Counted from the stretch's first letter, positions 32,515-43,116 are shown. The stretch is 64,000 nt of DNA from Candidatus Dojkabacteria bacterium (GCA_016929645.1 JAFGIK010000028.1:11402-75401), one strand, 5' to 3'. The notes: a model not told the origin generated them from the letters alone. Program-made: numbers and translations.

Positions 32515-32525
32515 ATGCATGTTAC

Positions 32526-32947
32526 GGGGACGCATTTGGTTTCGACAGTTGTTCGCGTTCTAACGCTCAAGTCAGAGTAAAGCTCTGTAAAAACTTACAA
32601 ATAGACAGCAATAGTCTAGTACAACGTGTTCAGAAAGCTGCAAGTAACATTGTAGCTGGTTTTAATGCAGCATTAGCTGGATTAAATACTATGAATGCGG
32701 TAGTTGCATAACTAGCGACTACAGACCTGGATGGCTTTTTCTTGATAGAGCCTCCAACGTCTTTCACCTATCAAGATATATAGGAAAGGTAAACGTGATA
32801 AGCCTGACCTTCGAACTCTAAAATTATCACTACTGCATTTTGTTTTGTCAGCTTTATAAAATGCAGGAAATACTAAACTGACAAAACTTGTTTAAGGCGT
32901 TATTACAAAGCAATTGGACGTGGGTTCGACTCCCGCCGTCTCCACCA
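32526..32947 (+). ncRNA. ssrA: tmRNA (SsrA)
   Basis: 5' GGGGACGCATTTGGTTTCGAC ... 3' GGACGTGGGTTCGACTCCCGCCGTCTCCACCA. Acceptor stem with a G3:U70 wobble, T-arm GGTTCGACTCC and a terminal CCA. The internal tag-like frame ...AALAGLNTMNAVVA ends at TAA; the resume codon is uncertain. Confidence 0.9.
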
Positions 32948-33093
32948 TTCTTCGCTAAAGCTTCGAATGGTGTCGTCTACGAGGCACCATGATGAAGGTT
33001 TATATAAATAATAGATGTTATCTTTAGCTGACACTACATATAAACACTCAAAACTTAACGAAAGTTTCATAATCTTTCTTTATAATATCTGGT

Positions 33094-33348
33094 ATGTACT
33101 ACGTTTACATACTTCAAAGTATCAATTTTCCTCAAAAAACATACGTTGGTTATTCACAAAATATAAAGCAGAGACTATCGAGACATAATACAGGTAATGT
33201 TAAATCAACGTATAAATACCGTCCTTGGAGAGTCAAGTTTTACTGTGCATTTGAAGAAAGATTAACAGCCATGAGGTTTGAAAGATATTTAAAAACTGCA
33301 TCGGGAATAGCTTTCAGGAGAAAGAGATTAGTCAAATACGATTCATGA
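33094..33348 (+). CDS. GIY-YIG nuclease-family small protein
   Basis: YYVYIL...YVGYS..R..H..G GIY-YIG motif; 84 aa; immediately downstream of ssrA. Confidence 0.7.
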   Translation: MYYVYILQSINFPQKTYVGYSQNIKQRLSRHNTGNVKSTYKYRPWRVKFYCAFEERLTAMRFERYLKTASGIAFRRKRLVKYDS

Positions 33349-33745
33349 ATCTAAAATCTCAAAATAGTCATCAACCTATGAAGTAACAGTTTAACAAAAA
33401 GTTGTTACACAAGAACCTAATTAGTTAATATTAGGCGAAAATAGTGAAACAAGACTAGGCTATAATACTGTATCCAGATCGATTCTACTCATCTGATGTA
33501 TAACCAGTAAACAATATTTACAGAAATGGCCAATTATTAGGGCTAAGTGAGAACACAATCTAAACAAAACTCATCAACATACTCCTATTATCCCCACGTA
33601 GTTTTTCCGCAACATGTCCTTCATCAGGTCTAGTCAAATAATTTATGTCCGGCAACGGTTGCTTCGACATTGACAGAACTCTTTACATGCTAAATTTAAT
33701 AATATATTCTGAAGCATAAATCTAACTTAACCATTAATTACATAC

Positions 33746-35800
33746 GTGCCCGAAATGTCACACGTTCCAACTGACGTAACAAAGGATTTTCTCAAACAGG
33801 TAGATACTATCTCCTCGAGCAAACAGTATGAATATTTTGATCCTGCCCAGGAAATGAGCATGGATGACGCTGCAGAACAAATTTATTTATCTAAAACAGA
33901 AAAAGATTTAGTAAATACTCCAACAGGCAATTTATCCGTTTATCTCAGAACCAGAAAACTTGGTGACGCGTGGGACTTGGATCTTGATAAAAAGGAGGAA
34001 ATACACACTGCTCGAGCAAGAGAAGTCATAACGGCTGTACTAAAAGTAGAATCTATTATAAGAGACCCAAAATATACGAAAACCTTATCTCTCCCCGATT
34101 CATTAAGGGAAACTATTAATCAAATAACTGAATATGAAAGATTAGCATCAACAACCAATCTCCAAACAGAAGAATTTAAAAGTATCAAAACTGAATACAT
34201 TCGTTCAAGACTGATTCTATTAATGTCTCTGACATATCCTATGACCCAAATGGTCGATGAAAAGAAAGTTCCAAAAGATTTTCTTAAGAAAGCAAACCGA
34301 ATAAGTCATAATAAATTCACTAGGACATTTTCCACAGCTATAGTTATAGCAGGCTTAATACTTGGAGGTTGTAGAGCCCCTGGCCCAGGTATATCAGCAG
34401 AAAAAGTAGCAAATGAACCAGTTATCGAACAGATTGATCGAGTCAACTATACTGATCAAAACGATCTGCCCATTCCTCAACAACAATCTGTAGTAACACC
34501 TGTAAAAGAAGATGATTCGACCACTCGCTTGAATATTAACAAAGAACAGGAATACGGTAGAGAAGATACAAGACCTATTTACGAAAATGATGATATTGCA
34601 ACTCCTGATGATGTTACAACTACTACTGAATTGCAACCGGTTCAAGTTGAGCAAGAAAGTAGCCCAACAGCCGCCATTGAAATTTCTCCAATGAGCTGGG
34701 AGGCATTCAACAAGTTGAATCTTAATGAGGCGCAACAATTAATAGAGGAGCTTATACACAGACCTGGTGGATTAGAATTAGGTCCCGACGCAATACTCGA
34801 ATATGTGAGAGTTACTGATCAATCAGTTGTTTACACTAGCTCAGCCGAAGGTATTTTTATAACAGGATCCATGAATCCCAATAGTTCATCTATAACAAAT
34901 CTGGTACCAGCGGAAAACAATACAACAGATATATATATCAGTCCAACAAACACAGTAAATATTAGAGAGGGTACATTAGGTGGAAACACTTACACAATAA
35001 GGATACGTCTTGGTCGCTACGACTCATCAGGATCAATTGTTTTACCAACAAGTGATAGCCAAATAGCAAGATTTGACCCACAGTTGTTGGGTACCTTTAC
35101 GTTATCTAGATTCTTAGCTGCAGGATCTGAAGAAAGCTATAGTCAATGGTGGCGAGCACTAAAAAAGACAGTTATCGGAGCAATGAATATTAATCAATAC
35201 TTTGACACTCAAACTCTCTCTAGTGGACAGGAATTTAATTTTGGACAAACGTTTATGACCGGCAGTGGTCAACCATCAAACACTGAATGTGAAGGTGCTC
35301 AATCTTTTTATCGTGCATACATGGCTTCTGCCTATAAAGCTTACGTACTAGGGCAACCAAGTCCTCTCGTTCCAATACAACGATCTATGCATCCATATAT
35401 AGAATTGTTATACCCTAGTGCTTATACAATTAACGTTTTCGAAGTTGATCAAAATTCGGGAAATGTATCAGCAGAAAAGTTTTCGGGGACACCGAACAGT
35501 ATAGCCGAAGCAAATAATTTTCATCAAGGTTTATATGACTATTTGGCCACTCATCCCAATACCTTTGCAGATCCAGGATTGTTTTTCGCTGAATGGGATA
35601 GATATTACCATGATGACGTTACCTTTGGTGAAAATCATCCATTTGTTATTAGATCTCTACGCGATGGAATTGTCATCAAAGCCTACATAACAGTTATAGC
35701 TGACGGAGTACCAATTACAACAAGAGAGCAAATGAACAGAGATTACAGAAACATCTTGTACCGTGTCACATATGTGATCAAAGATACTAATCAGAAGTAG
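33746..35800 (+). CDS. Hypothetical 684-aa protein: cytoplasmic N-terminus, internal TM with LGGC, large extracytoplasmic domain
   Basis: ORF track entry; no recognisable family. Confidence 0.4.
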   Translation: MPEMSHVPTDVTKDFLKQVDTISSSKQYEYFDPAQEMSMDDAAEQIYLSKTEKDLVNTPTGNLSVYLRTRKLGDAWDLDLDKKEEIHTARAREVITAVLKVESIIRDPKYTKTLSLPDSLRETINQITEYERLASTTNLQTEEFKSIKTEYIRSRLILLMSLTYPMTQMVDEKKVPKDFLKKANRISHNKFTRTFSTAIVIAGLILGGCRAPGPGISAEKVANEPVIEQIDRVNYTDQNDLPIPQQQSVVTPVKEDDSTTRLNINKEQEYGREDTRPIYENDDIATPDDVTTTTELQPVQVEQESSPTAAIEISPMSWEAFNKLNLNEAQQLIEELIHRPGGLELGPDAILEYVRVTDQSVVYTSSAEGIFITGSMNPNSSSITNLVPAENNTTDIYISPTNTVNIREGTLGGNTYTIRIRLGRYDSSGSIVLPTSDSQIARFDPQLLGTFTLSRFLAAGSEESYSQWWRALKKTVIGAMNINQYFDTQTLSSGQEFNFGQTFMTGSGQPSNTECEGAQSFYRAYMASAYKAYVLGQPSPLVPIQRSMHPYIELLYPSAYTINVFEVDQNSGNVSAEKFSGTPNSIAEANNFHQGLYDYLATHPNTFADPGLFFAEWDRYYHDDVTFGENHPFVIRSLRDGIVIKAYITVIADGVPITTREQMNRDYRNILYRVTYVIKDTNQK

Positions 35801-35871
35801 TGAATTTAGCGGACATAGAAATGCTATTGACTTCGATTAATTTGTACTTGATCCAAGATAAATACTATATA

Positions 35872-37002
35872 CTACTTAACAGATCCAACAAAATCCAAAT
35901 AATTGTCTTTGTTCACTACCGTTACGGTTGAGCCAGGATATGTTTCAAGAAAATGTTTTGCAGATTTTGATGAAGTTGAATTGTACTTGAATTCGTAGCC
36001 AAATAATTTACCTTCTCGTTCTTCAACCCAATCTATCTCCTTTTGCTCCCAAGTTCTCCAGAAATAGAGATTCGCAAATATTGGTTTGTAATCAATACAT
36101 TTCAACCGCTCTATCACAAGAAAGTTTTCCCATAGTTGACCTACATCATTCCGTTTATCTATTTCATTAAAATTTGAAATAATGGCATTTCTAATACCTA
36201 AATCATAGAAAAAATATTTACTCTTACTCGTTATTTCCTTCCTCAAATTTCTCGAATAACCCCTCAAGTTAAACAAAATAAATGATTTTTCAAGCAAATC
36301 GAGATATCTTGCAACAGTTTTGTAATCTATACTCAAATTCATTCCCAACTCTGATAGAGAAACTTGATTTCCGACCTGGTAGGAAATTAATCGCAATAAA
36401 TCGAGAAGAGTTTTTGAGCCCTTTATCCTTTCAAATTCCAATATATCCTTTAGAAGGTAACTATCAACCAATTCTCTCAAAAGTGCAGATTTTTCATTGT
36501 CAACAGAAGCATTTAGAACACTGGGATAAGTCCCATATACAAGCAAAGTTTCAAGAGGTATTTCGCTTGGAGCATATATTTTCTGTAATTCTGTGATAGA
36601 AATGGGGTACATTTTAATATTACGCTTTCTCCCAACAAGCGGCTCTCCTGTCTGACCTATTAGCTCAAAAGAAGAAGAACCTGTTGCTATGATGTATATA
36701 TTAGGAATGTTATCTACAATAATTTTCAATCCAAGGCCAACATTTGGAATTTTTTGAGCTTCATCTATCACAATTAATTCATATCCAGCACAATATTTCT
36801 TAATTTGATCAAAATTTTGTGAAGACAAAATGCTCTGCGTTGCGATATTTTCTCCTGAATCTAACTTGTATTTCAATTTCGTCTTTGAGAGAAAATCCTT
36901 TATTAAAGTAGTTTTTCCAACTCTACGAGGTCCAAAAATTAATAGGACCTTATTTTTTTCTAAAAATTGCTCTAGATTTTGATAATTTCTTTTAAAATGC
37001 AT
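35872..37002 (-). CDS. AAA+ ATPase, AAA_14/DUF4143 family
   Basis: Walker A GPRRVGKTT, Walker B VIDEAQ and a DUF4143-like C-terminal region. Confidence 0.65.
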   Translation of the reverse strand: MHFKRNYQNLEQFLEKNKVLLIFGPRRVGKTTLIKDFLSKTKLKYKLDSGENIATQSILSSQNFDQIKKYCAGYELIVIDEAQKIPNVGLGLKIIVDNIPNIYIIATGSSSFELIGQTGEPLVGRKRNIKMYPISITELQKIYAPSEIPLETLLVYGTYPSVLNASVDNEKSALLRELVDSYLLKDILEFERIKGSKTLLDLLRLISYQVGNQVSLSELGMNLSIDYKTVARYLDLLEKSFILFNLRGYSRNLRKEITSKSKYFFYDLGIRNAIISNFNEIDKRNDVGQLWENFLVIERLKCIDYKPIFANLYFWRTWEQKEIDWVEEREGKLFGYEFKYNSTSSKSAKHFLETYPGSTVTVVNKDNYLDFVGSVK

Positions 37003-37160
37003 GCTTCAATTCTAACAAATCCTCAAAATTTGTCAATTTCAAGGAGTGCGCATCCTTAAAATCAACGAATTTCGAGGATTTTATAGGAATAATGGGATAA
37101 ACTTTAGTTGCTGCATATCACTAAATAAAATCCCGGTTTATCTTAATTATTTATCTGAAT

Positions 37161-37619
37161 TTACAATGTTTTTCGCATAACAAGCCTTGGTTTTTTGTCG
37201 TAGTACTCAGGTAACCAGTCGACAATCTTGAAGCCAAAACTCCAATAGAATCTTATTGCACCAGAGTTTTCCGGATGTGTAACAAGCTTAATTGATTTTA
37301 TTTGCGGATTATTTTTTATTTCACTAACGATTTTTTCCATGATAGCCGTGCCGAAACCTTTGTTTTGAAAATCAGGTGCTATCACTATGCCAAGAATCTC
37401 AGCTTCATTACCATCACTCGGAACTTCATAAGTATAATATCCAATAACAGCTTCATTATTCAGAATAACATAACCATCATTACCTGATAGGAATTTTATA
37501 ATCTCTTCTTAACTTGCAAATGGCGTATCAAAATCTCGGCAGAACGCAGCTTTTTCAAGATTAAGCAGGGTAGTGACATCATCTTTATCAGCTTTTTTAT
37601 ATACAAAACTTTTGTCCAT
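37161..37619 (-). pseudogene. GNAT N-acetyltransferase interrupted by an in-frame TAA (forward 37509-37511). The ORF track shows only the 3' 74 codons, from a GTG start.
   Basis: The minus-strand reading ATG(37619)...TPFAS-TAA-EEIIKFLSGNDGYVILNNEAVIGYYTYEVPSDGNEAEILGIVIAPDFQNKGFGTAIMEKI is one continuous frame with a single stop. The GNAT motif A Q/R-x-x-G-x-G/A is present (QNKGFG). Confidence 0.55.
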
Positions 37620-37620
37620 A

Positions 37621-38520
37621 TTACTTCTTTTTTAAAATATTTTGAGGCTGTCCCTTAAGATAAGCCTCAATATTTTGTATGGCAATTTCGCGGCCGCCTT
37701 CCATAGCCTGATTCGTAGAAAAGGCAATATGTGGAGTCACAAGAATTTTTTCATTTCCCATACATTTTTGATAAAAATCATTTGTCGTATCACCAAAAGA
37801 CTCAGGGTCACAATCAATTGCAGCACCATCTACAATTCCCTTGTTGATAGCATTAATCAGACCATCAATGTCATAAGTCCAAGGCCTTGCAAATGTCACA
37901 AAATAACAACCTTTTTGCAAACTCATAAAGAAATCGCCATCTAACAAGTTTTTACTTGAGGTATTACAATTAAGAGAATTCACTACAAGATCAGCATCTT
38001 TTGATTTTTCCAGCAAATCGTCACCTCGCTCAAAATAGCTCACATTCATCTTAAAAGCTTCACAAAGCTCACCAACCCGGCTTCCAATACTTCCGTGACC
38101 AACAATAAGCACTTTCTTACCAACAAGGCTTTGTTGAAGCACCCAATCAAAGCTCTCTTTTGATCTGACTGCAGGCGCAAACTTGCGAAATAACGAGAGA
38201 ATCATGTACATTGTCCATTCAACAATCGAATCCCTGTTTCCACCTTGAGCATTTGCTACAAATACGCCGTTTTTCTCCAATTCTTCTGAATCGAAAACCC
38301 CAAGTTCAACAAAAGGGTAGGTGACAAAAATATTTTTAAGCTTAGGAAGACTTTCAAGAAGGTAGTCTCCATTACTTAAAACAACATCCATGCCTGCAAC
38401 TTTTTCTAAAAAATCTTCTACTGAATCAGGGCAATCCTTAACTTCAAATTGACCGATTGATTCAAGTCTTTTCTTATGATCTTCACTTAAATCCAGGCCA
38501 AGAACGACAATTTTTTTCAT
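37621..38520 (-). CDS. D-isomer-specific 2-hydroxyacid dehydrogenase family protein
   Basis: NAD-binding GKKVLIVGHGSIGSRVGE and catalytic domain signatures. Confidence 0.7.
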   Translation of the reverse strand: MKKIVVLGLDLSEDHKKRLESIGQFEVKDCPDSVEDFLEKVAGMDVVLSNGDYLLESLPKLKNIFVTYPFVELGVFDSEELEKNGVFVANAQGGNRDSIVEWTMYMILSLFRKFAPAVRSKESFDWVLQQSLVGKKVLIVGHGSIGSRVGELCEAFKMNVSYFERGDDLLEKSKDADLVVNSLNCNTSSKNLLDGDFFMSLQKGCYFVTFARPWTYDIDGLINAINKGIVDGAAIDCDPESFGDTTNDFYQKCMGNEKILVTPHIAFSTNQAMEGGREIAIQNIEAYLKGQPQNILKKK

Positions 38521-38577
38521 TAAGGTTTAATAATAAATTTATTATTTTCAAATATTTATAAGAAATCGAACTAAAAT

Positions 38578-39525
38578 CTACCTTGCAATCTTTAACTTTA
38601 CCATACCAAAGTATTTCTCTTTTTGTTTATCATAGCATTGTTCTGTTTCTCTAGCTAACCTCTCAAAATCGTCAACTTTACTATAGTTTAATTTTAACCC
38701 AAGAGAAAACATAGCACCACAAATACATGCACCAATTCCTGCCGTTATGAAGCGAGAATATGGTTCATTAATACTAAATTCATCAAGAATTACCTTGCTT
38801 GCCATAATTGCGGCGTAAGTAGGAAGAAGAGTCATTGCTTCCAAAAGTAATGTTTGTTTAAGCATATTTTTGTATCTTGTCCAAAAATCATGAGGCTCAA
38901 CAGAATGAGTAATCTCATGTCCCAAACTTCCAGAAATATCAGTTTGAGATACAAACCATCTTAAAAACGAGTTCATTCCGCTAATATATCGTTTCTTATC
39001 AATAACTCCTCTTCCGTAACGATCTATCAACGACCGAACAAATAAATTAGACCTGCTAATAGAGTTATCCGTAGCGATATTTTCCCCTTGCTTCACTGAA
39101 AATTCCTTCTGCAGACTTTCCTCTCCATAACCTTGTTGAATCGATACAATCAAATTCTCCGCTTTCTCCAGGTAGATATCAGAATAAAGATATATCGTAT
39201 TACTTCTCATATCATACTGCATCAAAGGAGAAAATAAGAGATTTTGAGGATGAAGTCTCACAGAAATATTACGTAAGGTAATTTTACTTAATACAGATCT
39301 AAGATTCGTAAGATCAGAGGACGGAACTGGAAATAAATATCTAGGGAAAGGCCTTATTGCAATATTAACAGGGTAGTCGTCTGGAACTCCACAAATCTCT
39401 CGAGCAAATTCACGTATAAGTTGTTGATTGAGTTCAACTATTACAGTACAATCTCTTGATTGCTCAACATGAATATTATAACTATTTGAATCATAAATCT
39501 CTGCTGTATTCTCTGATGTCTTCAA
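38578..39525 (-). CDS. Putative membrane zinc metalloprotease (HExxH)
   Basis: GHEITHSVEPHDF motif and C-terminal TM helices. Confidence 0.4.
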   Translation of the reverse strand: MKTSENTAEIYDSNSYNIHVEQSRDCTVIVELNQQLIREFAREICGVPDDYPVNIAIRPFPRYLFPVPSSDLTNLRSVLSKITLRNISVRLHPQNLLFSPLMQYDMRSNTIYLYSDIYLEKAENLIVSIQQGYGEESLQKEFSVKQGENIATDNSISRSNLFVRSLIDRYGRGVIDKKRYISGMNSFLRWFVSQTDISGSLGHEITHSVEPHDFWTRYKNMLKQTLLLEAMTLLPTYAAIMASKVILDEFSINEPYSRFITAGIGACICGAMFSLGLKLNYSKVDDFERLARETEQCYDKQKEKYFGMVKLKIAR

Positions 39526-39588
39526 AATAGTATGCCACCAATTTAAATCCCATAGTGATTATATCCTAAAAACCCTACATAATAAACC

Positions 39589-40323
39589 TCAATAATCCAA
39601 TCCCTCGGTTCCGTTTTCCACAATGTATGGCATATAGTTTTTTCTGTCTTTAAGATATCGCCTCAGATGAGGGAGGCCAAGCTCAAAACCTTTACTGAAA
39701 ATCCGATCCAATTCAAGAATTTTATCAATGTCATACCAGAAATACTCGCCTTCCACACTTTTTTCCGAAATAGTACCAGACCATTCTTCTATAACAACAT
39801 CAAAAAAGACGCCATCACCGACGGGATTCATATCCTTGTCGCGAAATATTTCCCTATCTACACCGACAATTTTAACCTTACTGACGTCAATATTCAGCTC
39901 TTCCTTAACCTCTCTAATTGCATTATCTTCAATACTCTGACCCCATTTAAGCTTACCAGTCACAGATCCTATATAACCAAAGTGTGGATGTTTCAACCTT
40001 TTAAACAGAAGCATTTGATATTTTCCACGTTTTTCCCTTACTAACGTTATAAACATACCAACCTTGAATTGCTGCTGAAGAGTACCATCCTCTTCCATAT
40101 TCGAGACAAACTGCTTACCTTTTTTTGTAAGAGAATAACTTTTCTGATTCTTCTCTAAATAGCCATTTTTAACCAACTCGCGCAGATGATAGTTAAATAA
40201 ATCGTGATTTTCCGTCACTTCATGGATTTTGGAATACAACAGCTCACCGCTAAACATCATTTTTCGCATAATTTCGATCTGCATTTTGGAGATTTCGTTT
40301 ATCATTTTGGTAAATATAAACAA
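39589..40323 (-). CDS. Nudix hydrolase with an N-terminal winged-helix domain
   Basis: Nudix box GKLKWGQSIEDNAIREVKEELNI. Confidence 0.65.
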   Translation of the reverse strand: MFIFTKMINEISKMQIEIMRKMMFSGELLYSKIHEVTENHDLFNYHLRELVKNGYLEKNQKSYSLTKKGKQFVSNMEEDGTLQQQFKVGMFITLVREKRGKYQMLLFKRLKHPHFGYIGSVTGKLKWGQSIEDNAIREVKEELNIDVSKVKIVGVDREIFRDKDMNPVGDGVFFDVVIEEWSGTISEKSVEGEYFWYDIDKILELDRIFSKGFELGLPHLRRYLKDRKNYMPYIVENGTEGLDY

Positions 40324-40411
40324 TTAATTAACCGTATATTTACAGCAAAACATTAACAGTGTCTAGTTAGGGAGGACTAACTATGGGTGAGATTCGAAAA
40401 CACATCGCATT

Positions 40412-41005
40412 TCAATTATATTTCCATTCCTTTTTGACTACTGATGCAACTTCCTCACCAGAATTCTCCCACGGTAACAAAACATTAAGTGCGTTCTTAT
40501 CGATTCCGTATTTCTTAAATAAAGGATGAGAAGTTTCCCATTTTTCATTAATATCAAAGGCAAATGCATCAAATAAAAAATCTTTATGATTTTTGACAGA
40601 CAAATCTTGCACTAGAGAAGCAAATATGAACTTTTCTGACGAATATTTTTCTCTAATCTTTTCTAAAGCAAGAAATTTAGTCTTCCCACCACACGGAAAT
40701 GTATCACAAAGCAAAAAGGTTGGATTTTGTGGAAGATCATATTCTACATCTTGAAGCCCAGAGATATATTTCAGTTCATTGCTACCGTTATAAAGCATAT
40801 ATTTAAACTGAATAGTCAGGACTTTATAAGTGTTGAGTTTGTACGCCAAGGGCATCGCAGTAAACATACCTTCTCTAAGAATGCCAATAATTGCATCAAT
40901 TTTCACGTTATGCTTTTTAATCTTTGCTTCAAGATCCTTCCATAAATCCTCTATCAAAAGCCCGTAATCGTTCCAGGACAATTGGAAAAAATTTTCATCA
41001 CTCAT
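40412..41005 (-). CDS. Phosphoribosyltransferase-like protein
   Basis: PRPP-binding-type motif FLLCDTFPCGGKT (hhhhD-x-x-x-x-GGT). Confidence 0.4.
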   Translation of the reverse strand: MSDENFFQLSWNDYGLLIEDLWKDLEAKIKKHNVKIDAIIGILREGMFTAMPLAYKLNTYKVLTIQFKYMLYNGSNELKYISGLQDVEYDLPQNPTFLLCDTFPCGGKTKFLALEKIREKYSSEKFIFASLVQDLSVKNHKDFLFDAFAFDINEKWETSHPLFKKYGIDKNALNVLLPWENSGEEVASVVKKEWKYN

Positions 41006-41143
41006 TGAATTTTTTGACCATTAATTAAAATTCCTTACACAAAGGGAATATATCACATTTCATCGCACCTCATCATATCTTTTAAAAATCGCGCCAAGAT
41101 CCATATAACATAAGACTTACCATTGTTGTTAATATCAAATTAC

Positions 41144-42133
41144 TTACTGGCACTGAGAATCACACGCCACACCATCGTGATCTCCATCTCTCGCACTACA
41201 CCCACACACATTCAACTGATATTGTGCCTCTGCACAGGACATATTCGGGCAAGTCTTGCTACAATTGCACGCCCACGTCTGATTTTGCGTTGGGGCAGGG
41301 GAGACTACTGCACAACTTGAAGTGCATGTCGTATCCTCTACACTTTCAGTATATGTTTCACAATTCCAGTAAGTTTTTGTTACAGTTGCTGTCTTGCAGC
41401 CAGAGCATGATCGCTCAGTCTCAGCACCTTTTTCACAATCACAAGCCTTACCCCAGAGCCCTTTGTTGTTTTTTTTCGCCTCGGCCTGCAATTCCCTGAA
41501 ATCACCCTGGTATTTGTATGGGTCATCATATGTGTATTCTTTTGCATATCCTTCTTTAATTAAAGTTTCATTAACAAAAATATCATCCACCCAGATATAC
41601 AAAAGAAGCCTTCCGTACTTGTCTTTTTCGCCTTGCGTATCATCAAATTCTACCTCAATAGTTTTGCCATCAACCAATTCCTTCATTTTGTCCGATGCTT
41701 CCTGTCCATAGCACTGAACAGGGGAATCAGGATCTTTTGTCTCCGGTGTATCAATACCAATTAATCTAACTCCCGTTACTTCTCCTTCATAATCAATCTT
41801 TATCGTATCGCCATCAACCACTTCTAAAACCTCATATTCCGGTTTTTTGCGCTCTTTTTCAACACCTTTTACATCAGCCTCCTCTGAAGAAGAATCTTGA
41901 TTGTCATCATCTTCAAGATTACTTTGCGCGAAACTTTCTGTGGAATTATCGGTAGAATCTCGGTCAGGATCCGAGTAATTTGAGAATTTTATGTTCAGAA
42001 AAACAACAAATCCAAGAAATCCAAACATGAAAAAGATTAAAGCAGAGGATAATATAACAATGAAAACCTGAATATTCTTTGGAGTTTTGGCAAAACTTTG
42101 TTTTATAGTTTCAAACATACAAAAGTTTAGCAT
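41144..42133 (-). CDS. Membrane-anchored thermonuclease (SNase) with a Cys-rich C-terminal Excalibur-like Ca-binding domain
   Basis: N-terminal TM, acidic linker, SNase core (GDTIKI...VRLIGIDTPE...GRLLLYIW) and C-terminal DGDHDGVACDSQ (DxDxDGxxC). Confidence 0.7.
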   Translation of the reverse strand: MLNFCMFETIKQSFAKTPKNIQVFIVILSSALIFFMFGFLGFVVFLNIKFSNYSDPDRDSTDNSTESFAQSNLEDDDNQDSSSEEADVKGVEKERKKPEYEVLEVVDGDTIKIDYEGEVTGVRLIGIDTPETKDPDSPVQCYGQEASDKMKELVDGKTIEVEFDDTQGEKDKYGRLLLYIWVDDIFVNETLIKEGYAKEYTYDDPYKYQGDFRELQAEAKKNNKGLWGKACDCEKGAETERSCSGCKTATVTKTYWNCETYTESVEDTTCTSSCAVVSPAPTQNQTWACNCSKTCPNMSCAEAQYQLNVCGCSARDGDHDGVACDSQCQ

Positions 42134-42493
42134 TATTTAATAAATAGGAGTAGAGTATGAAAATATGCGCTTTTTAATAAGTAATTTACATTTATTTAAT
42201 AAAATATTAACGCAATTGATATTTATAATTTTTACAATTTTTACCAATCAAACAAGCCTTACTCCACAATTTAGACGTTTTTGTGGAGTACTACTCCGCA
42301 ATTTTGACAAATTTGCGGAATTCAGCATTAAATATCCCTTGTCTGCACTAGCCACATATATCAATCGCCCATTCAATATCTTACGAAATATTCAGAAAAC
42401 TCTCTTGAATTAGAGCACTTTTGGCAATTATCTCAAAACTGAAACTTTTTCACCTAAATAACCGTCTGTTATGTATCTGTAATTGGACTTTTG

Positions 42494-42535
42494 AAAGAGG
42501 CCCGAGGATTTTTCAATCCTCGGGCCCCTTCTCCT
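42494..42535 (-). terminator. GC-rich 12-bp hairpin (GGCCCGAGGATT-loop-AATCCTCGGGCC) just downstream of the 42562..43116 gene
   Basis: Perfect inverted repeat in an AT-rich intergenic region. The U-tract is imperfect. Confidence 0.4.
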
Positions 42536-42561
42536 AAACAAATCAGAGCCTAACAAACACT

Positions 42562-43116
42562 TTAATTACCACCTTCTAAAATTGCAACTTTATCCTCAAG
42601 CTCTGCCACTTTTGACTTTAAACTATCTAAATCACTAGCACCAACTGTTGCATAGCTAAGATAAATCATAGCTATTAATCCTCCTATTGAGAAAATAAGT
42701 GTAAAAATCCTTATCATGACGGATACAAATGAGACTAAACCAGGATATACATTTCGTTCAAAAATGCCACCTTCGGCATCACCTTCTGAATCTGAATCTT
42801 TGGAATCGTCGGAACCACCCCAAAGAGAAGAAATATCATTCCATATACCTTGAGTTGTTTCAGTTGCAGTCTCAATACCAGAAAAATCTTCATCAATATT
42901 GGTAATTTTCTCGTACACCCCAGCCTGCTTCAAACTAAAATCTGCAATTTTATCGAAAACAACGGGAATCAAAATCGCCACAAGAGCTACTGCAGCAAGA
43001 GCAAAGAAAAAAAACTTAAGACCTGCGTTCATCAAAGAAACCAATTTGCTGCGAATTAAAAAGACACCAACAATTACAAATATGAAAACAACAAGAATAA
43101 TCGAAATATAATTCAT
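42562..43116 (-). CDS. Hypothetical membrane protein with a C-terminal coiled coil
   Basis: Three TM helices, then LDSLKSKVAELEDKVAILEG. Confidence 0.35.
   Translation of the reverse strand: MNYISIILVVFIFVIVGVFLIRSKLVSLMNAGLKFFFFALAAVALVAILIPVVFDKIADFSLKQAGVYEKITNIDEDFSGIETATETTQGIWNDISSLWGGSDDSKDSDSEGDAEGGIFERNVYPGLVSFVSVMIRIFTLIFSIGGLIAMIYLSYATVGASDLDSLKSKVAELEDKVAILEGGN

Noticed and set aside
33350-33745. Possible att site or integrase marking an ssrA-integrated element
   Set aside because: No duplicated copy of the tmRNA 3' end and no recombinase gene were seen downstream, so an integrative-element boundary cannot be asserted.
41951-41985. GAATCTCGGTCAGGATCCGAG inside the nuclease gene resembling the repeat core (GAGTCTCGGTCTGGA)
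   Set aside because: Only about 14 of 16 positions match, there are no flanking arms, and it lies in a low-complexity acidic linker, so a chance match is plausible.
42165-42413. 82-aa plus-strand ORF in the AT-rich spacer after the nuclease gene
   Set aside because: Low-complexity, I/L/F/N-rich translation with no start context; likely non-coding.
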